A program made the translations under genes and the position numbers. Source: an uncultured Chloroflexia bacterium (GTDB lineage Bacteria; Chloroflexota; Anaerolineae; JAAYZQ01). Taken from it: a stretch of DNA of 64,000 nt. Location of the stretch: positions 1,600,001 through 1,664,000 of the forward strand of contig CAVOXA010000010.1 of assembly GCA_963700285.1 (NCBI GenBank). The letters run 5' to 3'. This document shows positions 10,455-19,962 of this stretch, piece after piece. Position 1 is the stretch's first letter, and each line of letters begins with the position of its first letter. The notes beneath the pieces were generated by a model. It saw only the letters and a list, made by a program, of their open reading frames with translations. It did not search any database and was not told where the DNA came from.

Positions 10455-10692
10455 GGCGATGAGTTTTTCGATCTCCAGCGGTTCGGCTTTGGCCGGATCG
10501 CGCAACAGAGAGATGGCTTCCTGCGAACACTGGGAGACGCATACCCCACAGCCGGCGCACAGGTCCTCATCCACCTGGGCGACATGGCCCGAGGAGGCCA
10601 GCATGGGCGTGCCGTGCTGGTGGGCCTGCATCGCCCCATAGCAACAGGAGCAACAGTTGCAGATGGCATAAAACCGGCCCAGCATGGCATCC
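10455..10692 (-). pseudogene. Displaced 3' end of the 4Fe-4S gene, copy A (internal deletion)
   Basis: KDAMLGRFYAICNCCSCC...DEDLCAGCGVCVSQC...EPLEIEKLIA; the segment between the two CxGCGxC motifs is missing. Confidence 0.85.
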
Positions 10693-10783
10693 TTGTAGTA
10701 GTGGACACAACCGACAAGCGTCGTTTGCTTTGACGACACGGTTGGTGGTACCGCCGCCTACACGGAGACGAGAAAGGTCATAG
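10693..10783. repeat. Conserved ~91-bp junction element X, copy A
   Basis: ttgtagtagtggacacaa...tttgacgacacggttggtgg...acggagacgagaaaggtcatag; also at 12574 and 13694. Confidence 0.9.
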
Positions 10784-10856
10784 CTAACCAGAACTCTGGT
10801 ACTCTTGGTACCACGGTATTCATAGGTCAAGGCAGGGGGGCTAGCCGCGCACGCCC

Positions 10857-11258
10857 CTAACGGGACTTGTACTCCCAGTAGGAGCTGTAGAATTCGTCGT
10901 GAAGCATGGTCTCCTCATCATCGGCCGCCGACGGCTTGTCCGCAAAGCCAACACCTGACCAGAATTCCAAGTCGCCTAGCTCAGGATCGGAAACACCATC
11001 CATCAACGAAAAAAGCCGAAAGAGCGGGGCACTGGCGGTATCTGCGACAACCTTTCTCAAAGCAGAGCGAGCCGCAGGTGACAGTTCCAGGTTCTTGAGA
11101 GCGACTCTCTCTTCTGTAGTGAGAGTTTCGCCTGGAGGATACGTCACGTCAGTGCCGTGTTGCGAAACGCCAAACCAGTTCAATGCTACCGTGGTTGCCT
11201 CAGCGATTTCCTTGTGCATCTCAAAGAACAGCGCTTGTTGTATTTCCTCTCTCGTCAT
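10857..11258 (-). CDS. Hypothetical cargo protein (133 aa)
   Basis: Acidic ORF ending LHDEFYSSYWEY; no family confidently recognised. Confidence 0.65.
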   Translation of the reverse strand: MTREEIQQALFFEMHKEIAEATTVALNWFGVSQHGTDVTYPPGETLTTEERVALKNLELSPAARSALRKVVADTASAPLFRLFSLMDGVSDPELGDLEFWSGVGFADKPSAADDEETMLHDEFYSSYWEYKSR

Positions 11259-11492
11259 CTCGCCTGCCTTTCAGGCATCGATTTTCTCACATCGCGGGCT
11301 AGCGGTTGACGCATCAGCCGCCGCTGGGTGACACCACACACCCAACTTGACCCAATGTACTTCCAAAATTCGAACTGGCAGCAACAAGGCTTTCGATCAG
11401 GCGGAAGGAACTTGGCATCACGCCAAGGAAAAGAGCGTCCTGAACGCTACGCACTTTCGCTATTTGTCAAGGCGTGCCCACGTTGACCGTGA

Positions 11493-11879
11493 CTACCACA
11501 TCACCGTAACTGGATACTGCTCGAATAACGGATCGTTGCTGAGCAGGATTGCGTTCTCGGCATTCGCCTGGGCAATCAATAAGCGGTCAAACGGGTCTTT
11601 GTGGGGCGTAGGAAGGGCCTCCAGCGCCAAGACATGCTCCAGGTCAACCGGCAGGACCTCAAGGTCGTTCGTCTTACATTGACTTTCAAACACTTCTCGC
11701 AAAGGCGACTTGAGTTTCAGCTTGCCCAATTGGGATTTGATCTGCATCTCCCAAACGCTCGCCACGCTGAGCAAAAGCGTATTCGACCGATCCTGGCACA
11801 GCGCAAGTGCGTTCGACGACAACTTGCCCGGCTCGCTGTCCCACCAGATGAAGGTGTGCGTATCAAGACGCAGTCTCAT
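11493..11879 (-). CDS. vapC: PIN-domain toxin (VapC family)
   Basis: LDTHTFIW, SVASVWEMQIK, HKDPFDRLLIAQA, LLSND. Confidence 0.92.
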   Translation of the reverse strand: MRLRLDTHTFIWWDSEPGKLSSNALALCQDRSNTLLLSVASVWEMQIKSQLGKLKLKSPLREVFESQCKTNDLEVLPVDLEHVLALEALPTPHKDPFDRLLIAQANAENAILLSNDPLFEQYPVTVMW

Positions 11880-12111
11880 CCGTCCCCGTCCAGAATTCAT
11901 CCGGCAGCGGCTCGTCGAAATCCTCGCTCGTCCAAATTGCCCCGCTGTGAAGTCCCGCGATGCGTGGCGTCATCGGCGAAGCAATGGGTACCAGGCGCGC
12001 GAGGGGGACATTGTCTTGGGTCAGGATGATCTCTGCCCCCTCGAATGTCTTGGACAACAACTCTTCCAGATTTATCTTTGCCTCTTGCACATCAATTGTC
12101 TTTGCACCCAT
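11863..12111 (-). CDS. Phd/YefM-like antitoxin
   Basis: EAKINLEELL ... EIILT ... PLARLVP ... DFDEPLPDEFW; overlaps the toxin start. Confidence 0.88.
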   Translation of the reverse strand: MGAKTIDVQEAKINLEELLSKTFEGAEIILTQDNVPLARLVPIASPMTPRIAGLHSGAIWTSEDFDEPLPDEFWTGTDETAS

Positions 12112-12167
12112 CTGCGCCTCTCATAATTCGTACCTTCTCCCCAGCTGCTGACAATGGCGATGGTGAC

Positions 12168-12196
12168 ATTATGCACCTGAAATCCTTTCCTGTCAA
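12168..12196 (-). promoter_or_regulatory. Promoter of the Phd-VapC operon
   Basis: TTGACA-17 bp-CATAAT on the minus strand. Confidence 0.65.
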
Positions 12197-12387
12197 GCGA
12201 TGGCAGTAGCCTCTGGTAGATTGAGTTGATCCCGGGCAAGTCCGGCACACTGTCGATCAAGCAACGTCGAACAATAAGCCACATGACGGTTAGCATAACC
12301 GGCATATATGGTCCTATCTGCGATAAACGACGCCGACTGCGAATGTTCCATGGCGGTGCTTCTTGCGAACGCCATTGGCTCTCAGTT

Positions 12388-12573
12388 CTATCCAGTTACC
12401 GCTGCCTCTGCGATGAGCTTCTGAATCTCCAGCGGCTCGCCCTTGGCCGGATCTCGTAGCAGTGAGATGGCTTCTTGCGGACAGTGCGCAACGCACACCC
12501 CGCAGCCCATGCAGGCAACCGCATCGATGCGGGCGAATCCGTCGTCTACCGAAATCGCCGCAAACTGGCAAAT
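12388..12573 (-). pseudogene. Displaced 3' end of the 4Fe-4S gene, copy B (short)
   Basis: CQFAAISVDDG...CMGCGVCVAHCPQEAISLLRDPAKGEPLEIQKLIA; begins directly at element X. Confidence 0.85.
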
Positions 12574-12670
12574 TTGTAGTAGGGGGCACAATCAACAAGC
12601 GTCGTTCGTTTTGACGGCACGGTTGGTGGTGCCTGCCGACGGCTGCCAGGAGGCAAGAAACGCCACCGCT
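12574..12670. repeat. Conserved junction element X, copy B
   Basis: 50 of the first 57 nt identical to copy A by hand alignment; distal part more diverged. Confidence 0.85.
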
Positions 12671-12732
12671 AAATGATTTCCACAACCTGACGGCAGCGGG
12701 CGACCGAGAGATGCTTCATCACCTCGCGCATT

Positions 12733-12763
12733 TTGACAGAACGTGTATATTGTTGTAATATAC
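12733..12763 (+). promoter_or_regulatory. brnTA promoter with palindromic operator; probably leaderless
   Basis: TTGACA-17 bp-TAATAT; gtatatt-N5-aatatac palindrome; ATG 9 nt after the -10 with no SD. Confidence 0.6.
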
Positions 12764-12770
12764 GAGTACC

Positions 12771-13094
12771 ATGAAAAGAGCCATCGCCGACTGCAAAGGC
12801 TTCCAATGGGATGAAGGAAACGAGGACAAGAACTGGTACCTTCATCAAGTCACCGATGGTGGATGTGAACAGGTCTTTTTCAATCTGCCCCTCATCGTTG
12901 CTCCAGATACAAGACATTCACAAACAGAACAACGGTACTACGCGCTGGGGCGCACGGATGCAGATCGCTGGCTATTCGTCGCGTTTGTGGTCAGGAATGA
13001 TTTGATACGGGTGATCTCTGCCCGTGATATGAATCAGAGGGAAATGAGAAGATATGCCGACAGAATTCAAAGAGATCCCAGATTTCAAAGATGA
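12771..13094 (+). CDS. brnT: BrnT family toxin
   Basis: FQWDEGNEDKN, HSQTEQRYYALG, IRVISAR. Confidence 0.9.
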   Translation: MKRAIADCKGFQWDEGNEDKNWYLHQVTDGGCEQVFFNLPLIVAPDTRHSQTEQRYYALGRTDADRWLFVAFVVRNDLIRVISARDMNQREMRRYADRIQRDPRFQR

Positions 13095-13350
13095 AGAGGA
13101 AGAGCGTGCGTTTTGGGCGACGCACGACTCGTCAGAGTATATTGATTGGGATAGCGCCGAGTCCGCGATCCTGCCACAGTTGAAACCATCAACCAAGACT
13201 ATCTCCCTACGGCTACCCGAGGCAATGCTGGACGAGCTGCGAGTCATCGCCAACAAACGCGATGTGCCATATCAGTCCCTGATCAAGGTCTTTCTAAAGG
13301 AGCGCATTGATCAGGAACTGGAGCAACACGCCGGGGTCAAAGTCAGGTAA
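13054..13350 (+). CDS. brnA: BrnA/CopG-like antitoxin
   Basis: IPDFKDEEEERAFWATHD, TISLRLP, DVPYQSLIK. Confidence 0.9.
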   Translation: MPTEFKEIPDFKDEEEERAFWATHDSSEYIDWDSAESAILPQLKPSTKTISLRLPEAMLDELRVIANKRDVPYQSLIKVFLKERIDQELEQHAGVKVR

Positions 13351-13693
13351 GCCCCGTCGCCGCTGCCTCGGCGATGAGCTTCTGAATCTCTAGCGGCTCC
13401 CCCTTGGCCGGGTCGCGTAGCAGGGAGATGGCTTCCTGCGGACAGTGGGCGACGCACACGCCACAGCCCATGCAGGCGGTGGCATCAATGTGGGCGAATC
13501 CGTCGTCTACCGAAATCGCCGCAAACTGGCACGAGTCGGCGCAGGTGCCGCAGCGGCGCACAGCTCCTCATCCACCACCGCCACGTACCCCGACGACGCC
13601 AGCATGGGGGTGCCGTTGTTCCAGGCGTTCATCGCTCCGCAGCAGCACGAACAGCAGTTGCAGATGGCATAGAACCGATTGAGCATCGCATCT
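13343..13693 (-). pseudogene. Displaced 3' end of the 4Fe-4S gene, copy C (one frameshift)
   Basis: KDAMLNRFYAICNCCSCCCGAM...; single missing base near 13555; then CGTCADSCQF...CMGCGVC...EPLEIQKLIA. Confidence 0.88.
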
Positions 13694-13784
13694 TTGTAGT
13701 AGTGGACACAATGGAACATGTCCGTTCGTTTTGACGGCACGGTTGGTGCTCCCTCCACCTGTACGGAGACGAGAAACATCATAG
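13694..13784. repeat. Conserved junction element X, copy C
   Basis: Same 91-nt length as copy A; 72/91 identical by hand alignment; first 18 nt identical. Confidence 0.9.
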
Positions 13785-14048
13785 TTGGGAGCCCCATCCA
13801 GGATAGACCACACAACGCGTACAGAACCAGTGGTCTGGACGCTTCTGTTTGCTCAGAATTGTCTTGGGTCGATAGGTCACGAACTCGGTATGCCTCGTCA
13901 TGGGCACATGCTACCGGGAGGTAGGAAAACGGTCAAGTATAGTGACGAGTCCCAGCGCGGTGAGCTGTCCCCCAAAGTCCCCACGAATCCCGGCAAATAT
14001 GGCACAGTATACGGGCACAATCGTCAGGGATAGAGGAGGAGAACAAAT

Positions 14049-14252
14049 ATGTACAGAACGGAACTACCTGGCTTGGTGCTCACGCCGGCCTATAGTCCAG
14101 AAGACTCGAGCTTGTCCGCATGGCTAACCGAAGTGCTCCTGGCCTTCCGGGGAGACCTGGCGACGGTGGAACTCTGTCAGACCGAGAAAAGGATCGTGCA
14201 ACACCTGCCCAAGAACCCGCCGCGGTATCTGGAAGCCGTGACAAGGGCTTGA
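14049..14252 (+). CDS. Small hypothetical protein
   Basis: 67-aa ORF with a strong GAGGAGG SD. Confidence 0.45.
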   Translation: MYRTELPGLVLTPAYSPEDSSLSAWLTEVLLAFRGDLATVELCQTEKRIVQHLPKNPPRYLEAVTRA

Positions 14253-14492
14253 TTTCCGGGCTGCTTGCGGGTATGGTGGTGATATGGACAACGCCCTGTG
14301 ATGATGTGCGCACCATCCAGGGCAACGACCAGACCCACACGGACGGTCCGCTACGTAGTGGGGATTCCAAGTCCATATACTACCAGCAATAATTCCAGGG
14401 CAACTTTGCCGTCCGGGATGGGATGAGACCGGAGATTCAGGCTGCCGTGGGGGTTGAGACCTCACAAGCCAACACCAAGGAGGAATTCAGCC

Positions 14493-15001
14493 GTGAGCAA
14501 AGTCAAAGAGATCTTGCGAACTTAAGGGCCTGAGGTCTGGTCGATGGCACCGGATGCTACGGGGTACGATGCGCTTAAACTGATGGCCGATTGGAATGTA
14601 GGTGCCGTGCTCGTGATGGACGCCAACCACCTGGTGGGCATCCTATCAGAGAGGGACTATGCCAGGAAGGTCATCCTCCACGGCAAGTCGTCCAAGGACA
14701 CATCGGTCTGGGAGATCATGACCCAAAGGGTGGTCTATGTGCGCCCCGAACAGACCGCCGAAGAGTGTATGGCACTGATAACCGACAAGCGGGTTCGGCA
14801 TCTGCCCGTCCTGGAAGACGACCAGGTGATCGGCGTCATTTCGATCGGGGATGTGGCAAGAGCATCATTTCTGAACAGGGGTTCATCATCGAGCAGCTCG
14901 AACGCTATGTCTCGGGGACCGTATATCGGAGACGGCAATCTGGCAGATCAGATGGGAGGCTAGAAGAAGACGCCCTGCGATCTAGCACCATCCACGGGTA
15001 G
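14493..15001 (+). pseudogene. CBS-domain protein, disrupted
   Basis: GILSERDYARKV, RVRHLPV, SIGDV; GTG start after AGGAGG, in-frame TAA at codon 11 and a frameshift near 14855. Confidence 0.8.
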
Positions 15002-15043
15002 ACGGGCGACCAAACCGCTGCGAAGGGGAGAGGAGCCGCCGCA

Positions 15044-15358
15044 ATGACCGAAACCCCCAATGACGACAAGTCTGGCTTCGCAACCGAGAAGCCAGAACAC
15101 TGTCATGCCTGCTCCCAGCTTATTCGTCCTGGCCAGATATACTTTCTGACAATTGGAAACGCCGTGCTCTGCGGGGACTGCATTAAGGCTACTGACGCAA
15201 TCCGCGTGGTCGATGAACTGGTAGTGGTGATTGAGGGTGGCAAGCTGTTGGTTCAGCGCGGGAGCGCTGCGGGCGAGGTTTCGCCAGGTGAGGTGCGGCA
15301 CCTGGTTGATGCACTGGTAGAGGGGACGGAGAAGCTGGTGGGTCGGCAGACACATTAG
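15044..15358 (+). CDS. Small hypothetical protein with CxxC...CxxC (possible Zn-binding)
   Basis: HCHAC...LCGDC; GAGGAG SD. Confidence 0.5.
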   Translation: MTETPNDDKSGFATEKPEHCHACSQLIRPGQIYFLTIGNAVLCGDCIKATDAIRVVDELVVVIEGGKLLVQRGSAAGEVSPGEVRHLVDALVEGTEKLVGRQTH

Positions 15359-16088
15359 CCCAAGGAGTGAGTGGGTATGCTCGCCCAAAATGCGCATCCG
15401 TTCGAAAACCCATCGCTCAGGGATGGTAACCTTTTTGGATTGCTCGGGCTGAGCGGCTGTTCCCTCAGCGGATGGCATTTTTCGGCCAGGACACGGCGAG
15501 GCTCCAGGCCACTCGTGGACCGGACGCTGCCGTCTGGACTTTCTAGCCGATCTATAGCTATGGAATCGATGCCTTGTGGAGCGCAACCAGCCCGGCTTCT
15601 CGCTCGCTGAAAAGCATCTTGAGAGTGCCGTACAGTACGTCCGATGGGGGCGCGCCCTGGGGGAAGCGGTTGAGCCTCGTGATCGGCTCTTGATAGCCCG
15701 ATCTGCTTGTGCGGTGTGCCATTTCTGCAATCCCTGGTAGGCGCCCGCCTCGGCGACGACGCTTTATCCGACGCTTTGGCTTCGAGCGCCTGGCGCCGTG
15801 ACGTTTCGAGTGGTGTCTGCCAGCCGGGTGGGCTCCTATCTAGCGGATTTTTTCATCACCTTTGCTGGTAGCCAGAAGTATGGTTCCAACGATTGGGGTC
15901 TCAACCTCCTCGCTTCGGAGTTGGCTCAATAGCGATTGTGGTGTACAATCAGCCTGCACCTGCGGCAAGAAGTTGCAGCGGTCCCCAATTGCCGGTCCAC
16001 GGCCCGGACAGCATCAAGACGGTTTTCCAGGCCGGCGCTTCGTTCCGTTTTGTGTTGGCGACAGGGTTGTCCAAGAAAAGGTGGCGCA

Positions 16089-18518
16089 ATGTCCAAGAGA
16101 GTCGTTTCCCTCGTAACCATCTGGCTGTTGCTGTCGACGCTGGTCCAGGCGACGGGTCGCCCCGCCCTCGAGAGACGGCCCATCCAAGATGCTCCAGCCG
16201 CCGGCAAGCTGAATGTTGAACTGTTGGGCCATTGGTCGGACCACAATGTCCTCGATCTGGAGGTGCGTGGCGATCTAGCCTTTATGTCCTACTATGATGG
16301 CAGTTCGGACGCGTTCGGTCACGTCTGGCTGGTGGACGTCTCCGATCCCACTGATCCGCACCGGCGCGCCGGTCCGGACCTGATCACGGCCGGCTTGTAC
16401 GCGGTATTCAAGGCGGTCAGTGCCGACGACCAGTTTGTCTATGTGGCCGAAGAATCGCTGCAAGGGAGCGGGTCGTCGGTGGAGGCGTATACCGAAAGCA
16501 ACCTGGAGGAGTTCTGCAGCTATTACACGGATTCCTCGATGGTTGAGATGTGGACCGGCGCAACGCCCAGCGGGGAGTATTTGTTTGTGGCCCAACGCAA
16601 TGGCCTCTTGGTTGACGGGTCCGAACAAGGGGAAGGGCTTAACTGCGGCGCGTTGGGCACCTACGAGGCGCCCAGCGAGTTGACCGCCGCCGCCCACACG
16701 GCGGACTTTGCCTACCTGGGCACATCGGACGGCCGCCTACTGGTGGTGGACGTTGCTTTTGCCACCAAGCCCTCAGACCCAAAGGAAAAGAGCCGCAGCG
16801 TGCTGCTGCCCGGCGGCATCGATGCCATGGCCGCCGCACCCGGCGTCGTTTACCTGGCCCAGGGGACGACGATCAAGATTGTGGACGTGTCCAATCCCGC
16901 TTCTCCGGTGGTAGCCAAGACGTTTACCAGTCCTGTGGCAGTGGCCCAACTGGGGGTAGCCAGCGGTTACCTGTACGCCGCCTCGGCGGGAGGGCTCTAT
17001 GTCTTTGACGTGGGGGACAACAACGCGCCCAACCTGGCCGGCTACTACCTCGACCAAACCGACGGCGGCTTTGGCGGGGCGCTCTATTTGGCCAATGGCC
17101 TGGTCTACACGGGCGGTCCGGGAGGGCTGAACATCCTGCGGTTTGCGCCCGGCGACCAGCCAAAGGGAGCCCTTCTGATACAGCCTGGGGAACCAGGCAG
17201 TGTCTCGCTGAATGGAGTGGAACTGTCTTATCCCTGCGAACTCCAGATGCCAGCCCTGGGCGCCAAGGGGCCGGTGGTTGATGCAGCTTGCGCAGAGGGT
17301 AAGCAAGGAGACAAAGTCGAGATATTGAAAAAGAGAACCATGATCTACATGTATGTCGGGTGCATCGTTACGATGTTTGAGCAGTTCAGGAGGGCGCTTG
17401 GGGTCCGCCGTCTGGAGGATGGTGACCGGTGGCTCGTCAGCGTCGCGTTCTTGGGGGCTCATGTGGTATGTTCGGAAAAACTTCCGTCAAGAGCGCAAGA
17501 CACAGCCTCGCCCTACTTGGTGCTCGATCACGAGTCCGGGGCTCTGCAGTACAGCTTTCTGCTGGAGGAACAATCCGTAGAGGTCAGAACCCAGGCTGTC
17601 GCGATACGCTCCGACGGCGCCAACACGGTGAGCGTCGACCACGACCCGCAGGCCAACCGGACGACGGTGAGTTGCTACAGCGGCTCTCTGACTCTCACCC
17701 CTAAGAACAGCTCCCTGCCCCCCTTCACCCTGGGGGCCAGCCAGGAGGTGGAGGTCACGGCGGAAAGCGTCAGCCCCATCGAGCCCATCGACTACCCCTA
17801 CTCCAGCTTCCTGCCGCTGACCGCGAGAGCGTACGCTAGTGCGCCGCCCAGCGGCTGGCGCACCCTGCTGCGGGAGGATTTTGAGGGCGTATTCCCCGGC
17901 GCCTGGTCGGTGGCCGATGGCTCGGCCGGCTCCGGCGAGCATCATTGGGCCAGCCGCACCTGCCGGCCCCAGGCTGGGGGGCGCAGCGGATGGGCGGTGG
18001 GCGGCGGCTTTGGCGGCGCGGCCCTGCCCTGCGGCAGCGACTACCCGCCCGAGGTCGAAGGTTGGATGATGGCCGGCCCCTTTGATCTGTCGGACGCCAC
18101 CGCAGCCGAGGTGACCTTCCAGCGCTGGCTCAATTCCGAATCGGAGGACCGCCTGCTCTGGCTAGCCTCCGCCGACGGCGTGAATTTCCAGGGGTGGCAG
18201 GATTCAGGGGCCGTGGGCGATTGGCAGGAGACGGTGTTTGACCTGACGAATGTGCCAGGCCTGGGCGATCTGACGGGGGATCCGGACGTTTGGATCGCCT
18301 TTGTGTATTCCAGCGATGCAGCAGGCAGCAAGCCCGAGGGCGCCTATGTGGACGATATCCTCATGCGAAAATACCTCCCGGCGACGGGTGGGGCTCAGAG
18401 CGCCCCGCAGCCGGGCGCTCGACAGGCGGCGCCTCAGGAGACGGAAGAGCTGGCGCCAGCATCATGGGTGCTGCCCGCTGCAGGAGTTGAGCGACGAGGC
18501 TCGGCGAGCCCCTACTGA
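16089..18518 (+). CDS. Secreted multidomain protein (LVIVD-like repeats, internal FLPL motif, C-terminal beta-sandwich)
   Basis: Signal peptide MSKRVVSLVTIWLLL; repeats VWLVDVSDP/IKIVDVSNP/LYVFDV; YSSFLPL; EDFEG...YVDDI domain. Confidence 0.75.
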   Translation: MSKRVVSLVTIWLLLSTLVQATGRPALERRPIQDAPAAGKLNVELLGHWSDHNVLDLEVRGDLAFMSYYDGSSDAFGHVWLVDVSDPTDPHRRAGPDLITAGLYAVFKAVSADDQFVYVAEESLQGSGSSVEAYTESNLEEFCSYYTDSSMVEMWTGATPSGEYLFVAQRNGLLVDGSEQGEGLNCGALGTYEAPSELTAAAHTADFAYLGTSDGRLLVVDVAFATKPSDPKEKSRSVLLPGGIDAMAAAPGVVYLAQGTTIKIVDVSNPASPVVAKTFTSPVAVAQLGVASGYLYAASAGGLYVFDVGDNNAPNLAGYYLDQTDGGFGGALYLANGLVYTGGPGGLNILRFAPGDQPKGALLIQPGEPGSVSLNGVELSYPCELQMPALGAKGPVVDAACAEGKQGDKVEILKKRTMIYMYVGCIVTMFEQFRRALGVRRLEDGDRWLVSVAFLGAHVVCSEKLPSRAQDTASPYLVLDHESGALQYSFLLEEQSVEVRTQAVAIRSDGANTVSVDHDPQANRTTVSCYSGSLTLTPKNSSLPPFTLGASQEVEVTAESVSPIEPIDYPYSSFLPLTARAYASAPPSGWRTLLREDFEGVFPGAWSVADGSAGSGEHHWASRTCRPQAGGRSGWAVGGGFGGAALPCGSDYPPEVEGWMMAGPFDLSDATAAEVTFQRWLNSESEDRLLWLASADGVNFQGWQDSGAVGDWQETVFDLTNVPGLGDLTGDPDVWIAFVYSSDAAGSKPEGAYVDDILMRKYLPATGGAQSAPQPGARQAAPQETEELAPASWVLPAAGVERRGSASPY

Positions 18519-18622
18519 ACCGTATGGGGTCAGAAAGGGATACCTGGCCCACTGTCGGCAACCAAGCTCTACACCCCACATCAGCCTGGGACTGGTGCCG
18601 ATCTGGTCGCTGCTGCTTTTAC

Positions 18623-18658
18623 CTGTCCTGGCCGAATATTCTCATCCGGCCAGGACAG
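18623..18658. terminator. Hairpin between convergent genes
   Basis: ctgtcctggccg / cggccaggacag perfect 12-bp stem. Confidence 0.45.
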
Positions 18659-18800
18659 CCAATGGTCGCGAGGCTTGACTCTTCCGGCTACCAGGCGATT
18701 GATCTGCCGCGCAAACTCGCGCTAGCAGGTGGACTTGGGATCCCGGGTCTTGTAGGCATCGCTGGGCAAAAGAACCGGGCTCACACTGGCCAACTATCTA

Positions 18801-19743
18801 CTATCTTTCTGTGACTTGAGCGGCCTGGGCCATGAGTTTTTGGATCTCCAGCGGTTCGCCCCGAGATGGGTCGCGCACCAAGGTGATACCTTCCTGAGCA
18901 CACTTGGAGACGCACACGCCACAGCCCATACAGGCAGCAGGACTCGATCACTGCAGTTCCATTGTCCACGCTAATCGCTTTGAATTGGCAATAGTCGGCG
19001 CAGATACCGCAGCCTGCGCACAGATCCTCATCCACCTGGGCGACATAGCCCGAGGAGGCCAGCATCGGCGTGCCGTTCCGGTGGGCGTTCATCGCCCCGC
19101 AGCAGCACGAGCAGCAGTTGCAGATGGCGTAGAATCTGCCCAGCATAGCATCTTTGAAAAAGGCGTGGTGCACGTGCCCCCGCTCGTGTTCGGCGCGCAG
19201 GATCTCCACGGCCTCGTCTGGACTGATCCAGCGCGAGCGCTGGGGGTGGTGTTCGCCGACAAAGCTGGCAAAAGGCTCGCCAATGACCATGCACACGTCC
19301 AGCGGCTCGCAATGGTTGGGTCGTACGCTGCGGCAGGGACAGTCCAGGACCACGATGTGGTCCGGATCCTGCAGCACAATGTCGCGGGCCAGGGCGTAGG
19401 GAATGGCCTGCTCCAGGTCGGTCAGGACGACCTCCTCCTCGACCGTAACCAGTTGGGTCGCCGCCTCCAGGGACACCACCTTGCCGTGATAGGTATCGGC
19501 AAAGGTGATGCGATCCGGGTCGTCCTCCGCAGGCGGCGGCAGCAAGCGGCTCACCAGGCGAACCGGCGGCCCAAAGATGCGGGCCAGCGGATGGGTGCCG
19601 GCCCCAATGCCAATATAGAGATAGGTCCAGCGGCCATACACGTAGGCGTGCAGAAAGTTCAGGAGGGAGTAGCCGGGCGTATTGCGGGCTTCTTTGGCAA
19701 AGGCGCGCGTGGCCGGCCGGCCTGATAGGAATTTGGGCTTCAT
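18801..19743 (-). CDS. 4Fe-4S dicluster binding protein (CPCR and CNCCxCCC type); apparent +1 frameshift near 18940
   Basis: DCPCR, CMVIG, AICNCCSCCCG, CAGCGICADYC; after the shift CMGCGVCVSKC...EPLEIQKLMA...stop at 18801. Confidence 0.88.
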
Positions 19744-19962
19744 TGAATCGTCCTCGCTTTCGTCCATTCCACGCAATTGTAGCACAAAGCCCGGCGCTTG
19801 GCAATGAGGGTTCGCCTTCAACCAACAATGAGCCACCAATAGCTACCGGTCACCGGCCGGCTGACGAGCAGGCAACATTTCGGGTGCCTTCGCCTCGGCC
19901 TGGCAGTTCACAGGCACCCCCTTAAGGTGGCCGAAAAAGTGTCCAAACAAAGGGGTGCACTT

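Noticed and set aside
11290-11340. attC-like start (gctagcggttgacgcatcagccgcc) upstream of the cargo gene
   Set aside because: The core box is degenerate and I found no matching complementary end.
10693-13784. Element X as a CRISPR repeat or classical attC site
   Set aside because: Spacing is 1.1-1.9 kb, there is no RYYYAAC...GTTRRRY palindromic frame, and no cas or intI gene is present.
18545-18582. PLSATKLYTP resembling the N-terminus of MalT-like regulators
   Set aside because: Too short to support, with no continuation.
10455-19160. Diversity-generating retroelement (template/variable repeats)
   Set aside because: Differences are mostly synonymous and not adenine-specific; no reverse transcriptase in the window.
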